Positions 29,694 to 39,678 of a stretch of 64,000 bases of DNA are shown here, piece after piece (position 1 is the stretch's first letter; each line of letters begins with the position of its first letter). The notes under the pieces were generated by a model. The model worked only from the letters and a program-made list of their open reading frames with translations, searched no databases and was not told where the DNA came from. A program made the position numbers and the translations under genes. Origin of the DNA: a virus; the IMG/VR virus record IMGVR_UViG_3300044631_002422, positions 84,314-148,313 of that record. One strand, written 5' to 3'.

Positions 29694-30400
29694 AACTATT
29701 ATCATTCAGTCTTTACGGTGATGACCCAAAATACACTCGCGGTTTAATAACAAACCTAGATATAAAATTACGAGACAATCTATATCAAGATTGGGATGTT
29801 ATTGTATATCACGATAATAGTGTAAAAGATAATATTTTAAATGAACTTGAATCTAAAGGGGCTATTTTAAGGAATGTAACTAACTCTGGAATATTTCCTT
29901 TAAGTTGGAGATTTTTAGCCAACGATGAATCTAATGTTGAAAGATTTATTTCTAGAGATGCCGACTCAAGAATCAGTAAACGCGAAGAAGAAGCTGTTTT
30001 ACAATGGATTGCTAGTAATAAAACTCTTCATATAATGAGAGATCATCCTCATCATAGCTATAAAATTTTAGCCGGTATGTGGGGAATGAAAACTCAAGAA
30101 TTTAATATGCAACAAGAAATATTAAGATATCAAAAACAAGAATATATAACAAATGTTAGTAATTGGCCAAAACAAACAGATCAGTATTTTTTAGCTGATT
30201 TTGTTTACACTAAATATGGGAACCAAGAAAATTCAATAATACACGTTGCTAGAGACTATGTTAACAGAAGGTGGACGAATGAAAATTGGGCAATTGATTT
30301 TCCGAGCGCAATCGGTAAAGAAAAATATTTTGTTGGAGAGGTTTTCTATTTCGATCATAATGGAATAGAAAGAAGAGACTATCAATGTGGGGAAAGATAA
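29690..30400 (+). CDS. putative GT-A-like protein
   Basis: SFSLYGDDPKY, WRFL, SRDADSR (DxD), MRDHPHH and AGMWG motifs. Confidence 0.65.
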   Translation: MKLLSFSLYGDDPKYTRGLITNLDIKLRDNLYQDWDVIVYHDNSVKDNILNELESKGAILRNVTNSGIFPLSWRFLANDESNVERFISRDADSRISKREEEAVLQWIASNKTLHIMRDHPHHSYKILAGMWGMKTQEFNMQQEILRYQKQEYITNVSNWPKQTDQYFLADFVYTKYGNQENSIIHVARDYVNRRWTNENWAIDFPSAIGKEKYFVGEVFYFDHNGIERRDYQCGER

Positions 30401-30858
30401 TGTTAAATATATCAGCTTTAATCAACGATTTGTCAGCATCGCAAAATTCATTTTATATGATTAAGGAATTCAATAAGTGTATTGAAAATACTGATTTATC
30501 AGTGAGCGTATTTTGTAATAGGCATTGTGTTCCTGTTATACAACCATTATTTGCTTGTAGGTTGGTTAATTTTCTTGTGTCTTACAATGGAATTGTGATT
30601 GCCACAACTCTGGAAGAAGCCGAGATAATATTAAAACTTCCAAATAAGTCGAGCAGATATCTATATTTATGGGATTTAGATTGGTTAGAAAATCCTGTAT
30701 TTTTCTCAAGTGCCATGAATATTCTCCGCGACAATAAGTTGCAGATTTTAGCCAGAAGTGAATCTCATGCAAAAGCGATAGATAATTTTGCTAATCGTGA
30801 AGTAAAGGGAATTATAGATAATTGGAATATTGATCAGGTTTTAAAACTATGTACTTAA
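30400..30858 (+). CDS. hypothetical protein (possible GT-B N-domain)
   Basis: IATT...YLYLWDLDW pattern. Confidence 0.6.
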   Translation: MLNISALINDLSASQNSFYMIKEFNKCIENTDLSVSVFCNRHCVPVIQPLFACRLVNFLVSYNGIVIATTLEEAEIILKLPNKSSRYLYLWDLDWLENPVFFSSAMNILRDNKLQILARSESHAKAIDNFANREVKGIIDNWNIDQVLKLCT

Positions 30859-31484
30859 TACATCATCATCTTGGGCTTGGAGATCATATAATTTGCAATG
30901 GGCTAGTTCGTCAACTTGCAAAAGTCAAAGATGTTACTTTAGCAGTAAAACACAAAAATCTAGCAAATGTTTGCAGGATGTTTAATGATATTCCTATTGA
31001 GTATTACTTGATCGATAAAGACGAATCAACTGGTAATATTGGGTGGTGTTTTGGAGGAGATAAAAGAATTAATTTTGATGAGGCTTTTTATAAGCAAGCT
31101 GTAGTAAATTTTGAAGAGCGATGGAACTCTTTTTACATTGAAAGAGACGTAAAGAAAGAACGCCAGTTAATAGAATATATTTGCCCATCAAAAAAATTCT
31201 GTCTTGTCCACAACACAGCGAGTGCTGGAAAAGTAAACATAAACATAGAAACCGACTTACCGATAGTAGAACTACATAAAACACCAATTGAAAAATCTAT
31301 ATTTGACTGGATGGGCATTATTGAATTGGCTTCAGAAATACATTGTATAAATTCTTCATTCATTCATTTGGTTGATTCGATGCAGCCAATCGCTAAACTA
31401 TATTTTCATGACGATAGATCTCATTTACAATTTTCAAAAAAATTAAACTGGAGAACTTTAGGTGTCGGGGCAGATACAAATTGA
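30849..31484 (+). CDS. putative glycosyltransferase (GT9/GT11-like start motif)
   Basis: HLGLGDHIICNGL...ASEIHCINSSF. Confidence 0.6.
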   Translation: MYLIHHHLGLGDHIICNGLVRQLAKVKDVTLAVKHKNLANVCRMFNDIPIEYYLIDKDESTGNIGWCFGGDKRINFDEAFYKQAVVNFEERWNSFYIERDVKKERQLIEYICPSKKFCLVHNTASAGKVNINIETDLPIVELHKTPIEKSIFDWMGIIELASEIHCINSSFIHLVDSMQPIAKLYFHDDRSHLQFSKKLNWRTLGVGADTN

Positions 31485-32082
31485 TAGTAAGTTTGGAAAA
31501 ATTCTCAAGCAGATTTCCGAACGAAGTAATGTAATAAATATCGTTGAAATAGGAACTTGGAATGGTCTTGGTTCAACCTTATGTATACTAGAAGGAATAA
31601 AAAATAAACAACAAACTAATTTCATTAGTATTGAGTTGATAGATGAAATGCACCATGTCGCTAAAATCAATTTAGAAAAATACAAAGACAAAGTAAAGTT
31701 GTTAAACGGAACAATAATAAAAAAACAAGATCTGTATTGGTTTGAACCGTCTGACTATTTATTCAAAGACATAGAAAAACAGCATTTTGATTTGTATTAC
31801 GATAAAGAAGTTGCCGCAATAAAAAACGCAAAAAATGTAATAGAAGAAATACCTGAAATTATTGATTTTTTGATTTTGGATGGCGGAGAATATAGCACAT
31901 ATCCAGAATGGCAAATGCTAAAATTTAAAACAAATACAGTGGCTTTGGATGATACTACTCTTCTTAAAACAAAAAAAATACGAGAAGAATTATTGTTGGA
32001 CAATGAATGGAAAATCACTCATGAAGATTTATCAGATAGAAATGGATATACAGTATTCGAGAGGATAACCTATGTTCGATAA
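31462..32082 (+). CDS. class I SAM methyltransferase-like
   Basis: IVEIGTWNGLGST, ISIE, ILDGGE and LDD motifs. Confidence 0.7.
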   Translation: MSGQIQIDSKFGKILKQISERSNVINIVEIGTWNGLGSTLCILEGIKNKQQTNFISIELIDEMHHVAKINLEKYKDKVKLLNGTIIKKQDLYWFEPSDYLFKDIEKQHFDLYYDKEVAAIKNAKNVIEEIPEIIDFLILDGGEYSTYPEWQMLKFKTNTVALDDTTLLKTKKIREELLLDNEWKITHEDLSDRNGYTVFERITYVR

Positions 32083-32653
32083 ACCAAATAGTAAACAACT
32101 TATAGATGATAGATGCGGGCTGGTATTTCCTTGGTATGTTCCATTATCTCTAGAGTTTTTTCTCATCAATGACGTAGGCAATTGGGATATATTCGAGTGG
32201 GGAGGAGGATTGTCAAGCGCGTGGTATGCTTACAATGCAAAATACGTCGATATTCTAGAAACAAACGAAAAATGGACAAAAGAAATAGATGATTACATCA
32301 AACATAAACTAAATAAAAACAACTATTCTATCAAATACATAGATGTAAAATCAGAAGAAGCCGAATATGGCTCGCAAAATATTCCTACTCCAAACATGGA
32401 ATTGTACCTATCATATATCAGCACTTTAAACAAAACCTACGATTGTATTATTATTGACGGATCGTATCGCGATGAAGCCATCATTCCGTCTATTCAATAT
32501 GTTAAAAATGGAGGATACATAATATTTGACAACTATGAGCAAGTAACTTCTGGTTATTCTACCCTAAAAAATAAAGATCTCTTGAATAGATACGATTCCA
32601 ATATCTATACCGAGGGCGACTGGAAAACTGGTATATGGAGAATATATAAATGA
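32072..32653 (+). CDS. class I SAM methyltransferase-like
   Basis: IFEWGGGLSS, YDCIIIDG and VKNGGYIIFDN motifs. Confidence 0.78.
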   Translation: MFDKPNSKQLIDDRCGLVFPWYVPLSLEFFLINDVGNWDIFEWGGGLSSAWYAYNAKYVDILETNEKWTKEIDDYIKHKLNKNNYSIKYIDVKSEEAEYGSQNIPTPNMELYLSYISTLNKTYDCIIIDGSYRDEAIIPSIQYVKNGGYIIFDNYEQVTSGYSTLKNKDLLNRYDSNIYTEGDWKTGIWRIYK

Positions 32654-33420
32654 AATTAGATGAAAAATACGTTATTGAACAATATCGATCTGGACTTAGC
32701 TGTCAAGAAATTGCCGAAAAACTGAGTACCTATTCTAAAAAAGTTGAAAGGGTTTTAAAGAAAAACGGAGTTGCAATTAGAGATAGGTCCAGTGCTATGA
32801 AATTAGCTATTGAAAATGGAAGATCCGAGCATCCAACAAAAGGTAAAAAACGCAACGAAGACTCAAAACTTGCGATTAGCAAGGGTGTTGAACAGGCATG
32901 GAAAGATATGACACAAGAAACAAAAGAAGAACTTTCCAGCAACGCAAAAGATAGATGGAAAAATATGGACCCAGTTAAAAAACGCGAAATGCAAGAAAAG
33001 GCTGGCCGAGCTTTGAGGCAGGCTTGTCTTAATGGTTCAAAAGCTGAAAAGTTTTTAAAGTCAAAACTCCAAGAAATGGGCTATGAAGTAACCATGCATA
33101 AGAAGGGTTTGATAGAAGGAAATTTTGAAATAGATTTGCTTTTACCAGAACTAAACACGATAATAGAAGTAGATGGTCCACAGCATTTTTTGCCAGTTTT
33201 TGGCGAAGAAAAGCTGGCAGATATAGTCAAGATGGATAGCATCAAAAATGGTTTATTGATTGGTAAAGGTTTTTGTATAATCAGGATAAAGTACCTTTGC
33301 AAAAATATGAATCTGAGCGTTGAAAGAAAGTTATGGGATGCTGTGTCTAAAGAAATAGAAAAAATTGAGATTAGTTTCCCCGAAAAGACTAAACGATTTA
33401 TTGAATTGGAGATTAAGTAA
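32650..33420 (+). mobile_element. free-standing Vsr/DUF559-like putative homing endonuclease
   Basis: N-terminal HTH (GLSCQEIA), NUMOD3-like segment, SKAEK, EIDLL...IEVDGPQH. Confidence 0.75.
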
Positions 33421-34178
33421 TGGGATCACAGGATTTGTTTGATATTGATAATATCAAAGAGGATATAACCAACGAGCAAATGGGTGAACGTGATATGATG
33501 CCAGCTTACGGATCTGAAAAGTGGCATGATTATGTAATGAGTAGATTTTATCCAAGCGAGCTTTATGACGGCAACCCTGTTTGCGCTGGGCTACGTCGTG
33601 TAACCGAAGAACTTCTTGGAACAATTGTTGTAAGTAGACCATCCCAAGTTTGGCCAGCAATGGATACAGATGGTCCCGGACGAGCAACTGTAGTATTTGA
33701 AGTTGTTATTGACTGGATGGATTCTGGTCAATTAAGAACATTTTCTGATGTTGCCGACGTATGGCATGGAAATACAGATGACTTATTCTGCGCGCATCCT
33801 GTTGCTACTGCGTCAACGCGGGCAGAAGGACGAGCGCTTCGCAAAGCGTTAAAGGTTCGATGTTTGGCAGCAGAAGAGCTTGCCAAGAAGGATATTGTTT
33901 CTATCGTTAGACAATCGGTTCAAAACCAATCATCTACGGATGGAAGCTGGAAGGAAGATGAAAGTATTAGTATTCCACAGATTAACTTTATTGATGCTAA
34001 GTGCAAGCAACTTAATATCAATGTCATAAAGTTTATCAACATTGGAGAATCTAAATATGAAACCATCGACAAAGTAAGTAAAAAGACAGCATCTAAAATG
34101 CTAGGAGTCTTGAACGAGTACCAAACTGGTACAAAATCTATTCCAACTGAAGTTGTTGGATATACTAACTGGAGGTAA
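33420..34178 (+). CDS. putative Rad52/Sak-like ssDNA-annealing protein
   Basis: ATASTRAEGRALRKAL resembles the annealase helix; C-terminal ISIPQINFI helical domain. Confidence 0.5.
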   Translation: MGSQDLFDIDNIKEDITNEQMGERDMMPAYGSEKWHDYVMSRFYPSELYDGNPVCAGLRRVTEELLGTIVVSRPSQVWPAMDTDGPGRATVVFEVVIDWMDSGQLRTFSDVADVWHGNTDDLFCAHPVATASTRAEGRALRKALKVRCLAAEELAKKDIVSIVRQSVQNQSSTDGSWKEDESISIPQINFIDAKCKQLNINVIKFINIGESKYETIDKVSKKTASKMLGVLNEYQTGTKSIPTEVVGYTNWR

Positions 34179-34181
34179 TAA

Positions 34182-34511
34182 ATGAAAGTAACTTATCAAC
34201 TTGGCAAACTTAATGCGTCTTTTGAATGCGATACGCAGAAAGATTTGTTTATGCAACTATCTTCTTTTCAAGAAGTATTTGGACAGTCTAAATGTGGAAA
34301 GTGCGGGGCAGAAGATTTAGTTTTTATTGTTCGTGAGAATGGTGGAAACGAATATCATGAAATGCGATGCACTTCTTGCAATGCTCGCCTTTCTTTTGGT
34401 GTCAATAAGAAGGGAGGCGGATTGTTTCCGAAACGTAAGGACGCAGAAGGTAACTGGTTGCCAGATGGCGGCTGGGTAAAGTGGAATCAAAAAACTCAAG
34501 CAGTAGAATAA
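34182..34511 (+). CDS. zinc-binding hypothetical protein
   Basis: CGKC...CTSC; GGAGG RBS. Confidence 0.7.
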   Translation: MKVTYQLGKLNASFECDTQKDLFMQLSSFQEVFGQSKCGKCGAEDLVFIVRENGGNEYHEMRCTSCNARLSFGVNKKGGGLFPKRKDAEGNWLPDGGWVKWNQKTQAVE

Positions 34512-34542
34512 CATAATCATCTATTGTTTTATTTCAAAAAAT

Positions 34543-34568
34543 AAGGGGTATCTAAGTATACCCCTTTT
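34543..34568 (+). terminator. hairpin, probable intrinsic terminator
   Basis: AAGGGGTAT-ctaagt-ATACCCCTT followed by TT. Confidence 0.65.
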
Positions 34569-34589
34569 ACTTCAATTAAGGAAAAACAA

Positions 34590-34883
34590 ATGGACAATCA
34601 GCCAGAACCGAAAAAAGCAAAAACCTTACAGTATGATATAGCGAGCCTTACAGACAATGACAAGTACATTATAGTCTTATCTAAACTTAATGGAGAGAGC
34701 ATTGACTCTTGGGTAGCTGCAAATAACTTCAGGGTCAATGATTACCCTATTGTTAGAAATGCTATTTCTCAGATGATTTATGAAATGCATGAAAATGAAT
34801 CAAAGAAGTCAACAACAACTATTCAGGAAGAACAAATTAAGAGCAGTGAAAAAGAAATAAAGAGTTTGCTTGACTCTCAATAA
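34590..34883 (+). CDS. hypothetical protein
   Basis: 97-aa ORF with AAGGA RBS. Confidence 0.7.
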   Translation: MDNQPEPKKAKTLQYDIASLTDNDKYIIVLSKLNGESIDSWVAANNFRVNDYPIVRNAISQMIYEMHENESKKSTTTIQEEQIKSSEKEIKSLLDSQ

Positions 34884-34931
34884 AAAAATCCAGCGATATT
34901 TGAAAACCAAGTAACGCTGGATTCTTATTTT
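34882..34931. terminator. bidirectional terminator at the convergence of the two arms
   Basis: AATCCAGCG(34887-34895)...CGCTGGATT(34915-34923), with an A-tract on the left and a T-rich tract on the right. Confidence 0.6.
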
Positions 34932-34948
34932 AAAATTTGAACTATTGA

Positions 34949-35923
34949 TTAATAGTATTCTAGCGACACATACAAACCATAAGCTTCTTTTGCGCCAGTT
35001 GAAAGAGGTGTGGCAGAAAGAGCAACTGACCAATTATGATGAGTTGAAACACCAGTTCCTCCATATGTTTTGATTCTATTACCAACAGTAGAACCATCAC
35101 CAAAACTAAAACCAAATACAGTTGATTGATTTGTTGTATCAGTGAGATATTGCGTCCATTTCGGCCAAACCATACCGGTCCCACTAATGGTTTGACTAAC
35201 ATGTAAATTCTTTTGGCCAGATCCGGGACTATCCAAAAGTGGTACAATTATACCAGTTCCGCCAACAGTGTCATAACTACCCGCAACAGCAGCAGCAGAA
35301 AGACGAGAATCGCCATTAACTCTACTGTCTGAGCTAGTTCCGTTACGGAATACAGCACCAACACTATTTGTATAGTAGTTTTTCCCACCGGTAATCAAAG
35401 CTGCTGGCCAAGGTTCTCCCCACCACCATAAGTCACCACTGCCTTGAGCAGCAGAATTAAGACCGTTGTCAGCACCTTGGTTATTGAATGTACTTCCATT
35501 AAAATTGACAATCTCGGCAACCTTGGTATTGACACCACTGGCTGGATAATTGACATTAGCCCGATCATAAATTCTCAATTGACAATTCTGCACTCTAACT
35601 GCCGAGGTATGACCAAACTCAATACCGAGCGTACCATACATACTTCTAACGCCGCTTAAGCCGGTTGTACTTGGCGTTCCCGGAACAGAGTCAAGAACAC
35701 ATCGCCCACTAGGATAAGAATTTGCTACATATTTAATGTTTGAGGTAGCGTCAGCGATCACTGTAGCATCACCATTAGCAACATATGTAGTATCTTGGTA
35801 CGCTCCAATTTGTACCGAAGATCCTTGAGTAGTACCAAAAAACGCAAGGCCAGAACCAGACAATGTTCTGACGCTAGGCGTTCCGTTGTTATTACCAAGT
35901 ATTTGAAATTGTATTTCTGCCAT
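34949..35923 (-). CDS. putative virion structural protein
   Basis: 324-aa Gly/Ser/Thr-rich beta-type ORF; AGGAG RBS; TGTGTATAAT upstream. Confidence 0.65.
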   Translation of the reverse strand: MAEIQFQILGNNNGTPSVRTLSGSGLAFFGTTQGSSVQIGAYQDTTYVANGDATVIADATSNIKYVANSYPSGRCVLDSVPGTPSTTGLSGVRSMYGTLGIEFGHTSAVRVQNCQLRIYDRANVNYPASGVNTKVAEIVNFNGSTFNNQGADNGLNSAAQGSGDLWWWGEPWPAALITGGKNYYTNSVGAVFRNGTSSDSRVNGDSRLSAAAVAGSYDTVGGTGIIVPLLDSPGSGQKNLHVSQTISGTGMVWPKWTQYLTDTTNQSTVFGFSFGDGSTVGNRIKTYGGTGVSTHHNWSVALSATPLSTGAKEAYGLYVSLEYY

Positions 35924-35952
35924 TTTATTTACTCCTGTTGAGGTTATAGTTT

Positions 35953-35962
35953 ATTATACACA
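35953..35962 (-). promoter_or_regulatory. TGTGTATAAT putative promoter
   Basis: Recurring intergenic motif ~30 nt upstream of the ATG. Confidence 0.6.
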
Positions 35963-35986
35963 TAATATCGAATATCAATTAAAATT

Positions 35987-36901
35987 TTATATAGTTCCAG
36001 TAGATGTTCCACTAGCACATTCAACTGGTGGACAACCTCCTTGTGGGCATTGTTCTGGGCATCCAACCCACACTGGAATCCATTCATAGTTTATTCTTGC
36101 CGCAACTACCCAAATTAAATCCCTTACATATTCTTGATACAAGCTTGGATCTCGATTAGTTATTTGACATTTTTCTAATCTTTGATTAGGCCATTTAACA
36201 TTACCTGTTGATGGAGATGTTTCTCCAGTATCCCTGAAAACTTTAATTGAAAAATGTGTTGGGCTGCATGGTGTTGATGGAGCTACAATTGCTTGTTCTG
36301 CGACACCACAAATCATATGATGACCCATGCTCCATACTTTTCTATCTCGGTCCCATTGTAGTGCGACTGGGCCGCTTTTCCATATTCCACGATTATTAAC
36401 AAACTCAGGATTAATTTCAAAAGGCCGTCCTCCAGAATTAGGAACTGGTCTATCTACTAAGTCTGTTCCCCATCCGCTAACTATCATTGGTCCACGATGA
36501 TGACTTACGGCAACCTGAGTAATGCTAGATCTATCCACATTTCTTTGATTAACGTCGGCTCCTCCAGTTCCAGTACCGTTATTCATAACCATTTGATAGT
36601 CATTTTCCATCATGAATCGCACTGGGCTTAAAGTAGACAATAAAGTTGAAAAATAAGGGTCAAGCTCTGCTCTTGTTGCTCCAAGATGACCACTATTATA
36701 TTTTCCTTTTGATCTTGTATCTCCTTGAGGAACTTCAAAGCTAGACATAAGACCAGAACGATTTTGACCTCCAGCAGCAATAACTATCGGAGAATAAAGC
36801 TGTTCCACTCCAGTAATTGTATAGTTTGATGGAAATAATCCAGCGGCAGCGGCAGCATCTGATACTGTGCCAAATGATCCGCTTATATCTTTTGATCCCA
36901 T
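35987..36901 (-). CDS. putative tail-tip protein
   Basis: 304-aa ORF downstream of the large tail protein; Cys-rich C-terminus. Confidence 0.6.
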   Translation of the reverse strand: MGSKDISGSFGTVSDAAAAAGLFPSNYTITGVEQLYSPIVIAAGGQNRSGLMSSFEVPQGDTRSKGKYNSGHLGATRAELDPYFSTLLSTLSPVRFMMENDYQMVMNNGTGTGGADVNQRNVDRSSITQVAVSHHRGPMIVSGWGTDLVDRPVPNSGGRPFEINPEFVNNRGIWKSGPVALQWDRDRKVWSMGHHMICGVAEQAIVAPSTPCSPTHFSIKVFRDTGETSPSTGNVKWPNQRLEKCQITNRDPSLYQEYVRDLIWVVAARINYEWIPVWVGCPEQCPQGGCPPVECASGTSTGTI

Positions 36902-36911
36902 AACATTTTCC

Positions 36912-39668
36912 TTATATATCGTTTTTGATATTTGATTGATTAACTCTTGCTACCGGTCGTACTAAATTGGAGAATGCAGACGAATTAGTATGAGCAGACT
37001 TAGCTTTATCCTGCATATCAAAATTTGTTTTTTCAAATTTTAACTTTGGAAATGGAGGACGTTCTATTTCACTTCTTAATTTTTGTGCGCGCGCCCAAGA
37101 GTTTTTATTTATCTTTGCTATTCTATCTAAATTGTATTTTGCTAATTTTCCAAACTCTGGTGTCCAAGTATTGAATTTATATGTTGTTTTTACTCCACCG
37201 GTGGCGTCTGCTGATATATCCATACCGCTAACATAAGGACCATCACCAACAAATCTTTCGCCTATATTAAATGATGGAGCGCCAGCAAGTTCGATACTGC
37301 CAGTTTCACTTTCATGCATTTTAGCAGTGGAAACTTGAGCATAAATACTTCCAGCTATACGCAAATCCGAATAGCTTCCGTATACTTCTGGTGTGAGTTG
37401 TGATATTTCAGAAGCTTCTGCTTTTCCGTCTGGGCTATAGTTACCTCTAACTAAAATACCGTCGATTACTGTATCTTCCTTTAATGTAATCCAAGGGCCA
37501 TAATTAAATCTTTGGCTTTCTTGGGGGATTCCAAAATATGTTGGATCTAGTACATCTGGAGGAATAGCTATTTGCAAACTTTCTTTACCCGATCCTATAT
37601 ATGTTATCGGTGGAATATTTATTCCAAGCAGCATTTGGGCGACATAAGTTAATCCAAAATCTGGGGTAGTAACATAATCAAATTCTCTTGGTTGACAACC
37701 AGTTTTAAACATCACTCCAAATGTGCCTGTATTTGACCCAAAACCGTATGCATCATTTGTATACCAAAAAGATTCACCATCCGGTTGACCCTTTTTAGAT
37801 ATTACATTACCAGATGCTCTATTTACTCCCAGAGCATAATCAGAACCAAGAGGCGATAAATCTGGAGTACCACCATTTCTTCCCGCTAAAATTGGGTATC
37901 CAACACAAGCCTGCATTTTTCCACTGCCATCAAAAAATGAAGCGTCAACGGAAGGAGCATAAAGCCCATACTGTATAAAAGCAGAACTAGCTACCGACCA
38001 AGACCTCATGTAATAAGTGTCTTCAAAATCTTCTTGGGGTGAATAAATATTGTATCTTGTATTTGCGCTTTCACTCGGAAGAAAAACAAAATACTCTTGT
38101 TTGTAAGAATTGCTTGCTACGGCAGAAACAGCTGAAAAAAGTTTGTCAGACAAGGCGTTTTTCTCTTCATTCCATGCTTTGTTTGCGCGTTGCAAACTTG
38201 TGTTAACTGCGTCGTAACTATTTCCTATTCCTTGTACAAGTAAATTCAAAACATTGGCAGTAACTTCTTGCGAAGCTGTAAATGGGGCAGTGTAAATGTT
38301 CCATATCCCATTTGGCTCTTTTCTAGAAATTATTTCCATTGTTTTCCAGAATTGCCAAGACTCTTTTCCTTCAAGTGCCATTCTAATTTCAAATGGAGTA
38401 CATCTATATATTCCAAATCCAGAAATGTATATTCCTATGCCAGCAGGAGCCAATGGCGATCCATAAACAATACCAGACGAACCAACAATATTTGGATTGT
38501 TTTTCACAACGGCAGAAGTTATATTACGTTGACCCCAAACAGCGTATCCGGCAATAGCTATGTCAACAGGATTATATTCTAAATATCTAGTTCTTCTTCC
38601 GCCCCAAATAATTTTTTGTGTTACAACATCAGCTAACTCTTTACCAACATTGTAAGACATTAATATTTTATCTTTACGATTTCGTACTTCTTCAATAAAC
38701 TGTTTGATTCTATTTGGTTCTGGCGGAACTGATTTATCTACAATTTGCAAATAAATTGTTGGCTTTAGGCTATTTGGAATTTGCGCACCTCCATCTGACA
38801 ATCCATCAATTCCACTTTCTGGCTGAATACTGTAATAATAATCAAATTGATGAAACTCTGCAAGCTCTTGAAATAAACTATTCACACTTTTAACTGGACC
38901 CTGAAGTCTTAAAGCAATTAAATCTCTATCGGTCAAACCAATACCTCTATAAAAGTTCTCTAGATTAGAAATATTTAAAGCGTACTCTGTTGCAGAAGGA
39001 GAAAGTTTAGGGCCAGAATTTTGTCCAGAAAATCTGATTGGACCGCCCCAAGGACTATTATTGTATGGCTCATGTTTTATCAACAATTCAACAGCCGACA
39101 AAATACTAAGAACTGGCATACCAGAAGAATTAAACCCAGAAGACCCAAAATTCCCACCGGATTCATTATAGTTTAAACCATAAATAGGGTTTTCAAAAAA
39201 TGCAAAAAGATTGTACACATTGTAGTAATTTGTGTAAAATGAATGGAAAGTGGCAATATTTGTACTCGACTCATATTGATTATACTGATTAGCAAATAAG
39301 TCAGTGGCTCCATTCCAATTTTCTATTATAAGTTGCACACCATCCATAAGTTTAGATGGAGACTCAAGAATAATATCATATGTTCTGCCAGATGATGGAC
39401 TTTCTTTGTACGACCACCTTTGAAAGATACCACCAAAATAAAATCCGCCATATTTGAAATAACAGGCAGTGCCAGTTGTTGGAGAATTTGGACCTCCGCC
39501 AAAAAACGGATTTCCATTTGCATCTTTTTCTAAAAGAACTCCATTTGTTTCATCTTCAACTAAAGTCATTTGAAGAGTTCCGCCTTGTCCATTCACTGCC
39601 ATATTGACGGTAATATTTGATATGTAAATACCAAACATTTTTGGAACATAGCCTTTATTTATTATCAT
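36912..39668 (-). CDS. putative tail hub/central tail protein
   Basis: 918-aa ORF downstream of the tape measure gene; C-terminal GSIELAGAP...TTYKF strand pattern. Confidence 0.6.
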   Translation of the reverse strand: MIINKGYVPKMFGIYISNITVNMAVNGQGGTLQMTLVEDETNGVLLEKDANGNPFFGGGPNSPTTGTACYFKYGGFYFGGIFQRWSYKESPSSGRTYDIILESPSKLMDGVQLIIENWNGATDLFANQYNQYESSTNIATFHSFYTNYYNVYNLFAFFENPIYGLNYNESGGNFGSSGFNSSGMPVLSILSAVELLIKHEPYNNSPWGGPIRFSGQNSGPKLSPSATEYALNISNLENFYRGIGLTDRDLIALRLQGPVKSVNSLFQELAEFHQFDYYYSIQPESGIDGLSDGGAQIPNSLKPTIYLQIVDKSVPPEPNRIKQFIEEVRNRKDKILMSYNVGKELADVVTQKIIWGGRRTRYLEYNPVDIAIAGYAVWGQRNITSAVVKNNPNIVGSSGIVYGSPLAPAGIGIYISGFGIYRCTPFEIRMALEGKESWQFWKTMEIISRKEPNGIWNIYTAPFTASQEVTANVLNLLVQGIGNSYDAVNTSLQRANKAWNEEKNALSDKLFSAVSAVASNSYKQEYFVFLPSESANTRYNIYSPQEDFEDTYYMRSWSVASSAFIQYGLYAPSVDASFFDGSGKMQACVGYPILAGRNGGTPDLSPLGSDYALGVNRASGNVISKKGQPDGESFWYTNDAYGFGSNTGTFGVMFKTGCQPREFDYVTTPDFGLTYVAQMLLGINIPPITYIGSGKESLQIAIPPDVLDPTYFGIPQESQRFNYGPWITLKEDTVIDGILVRGNYSPDGKAEASEISQLTPEVYGSYSDLRIAGSIYAQVSTAKMHESETGSIELAGAPSFNIGERFVGDGPYVSGMDISADATGGVKTTYKFNTWTPEFGKLAKYNLDRIAKINKNSWARAQKLRSEIERPPFPKLKFEKTNFDMQDKAKSAHTNSSAFSNLVRPVARVNQSNIKNDI

Positions 39669-39678
39669 GTCCTAAATC

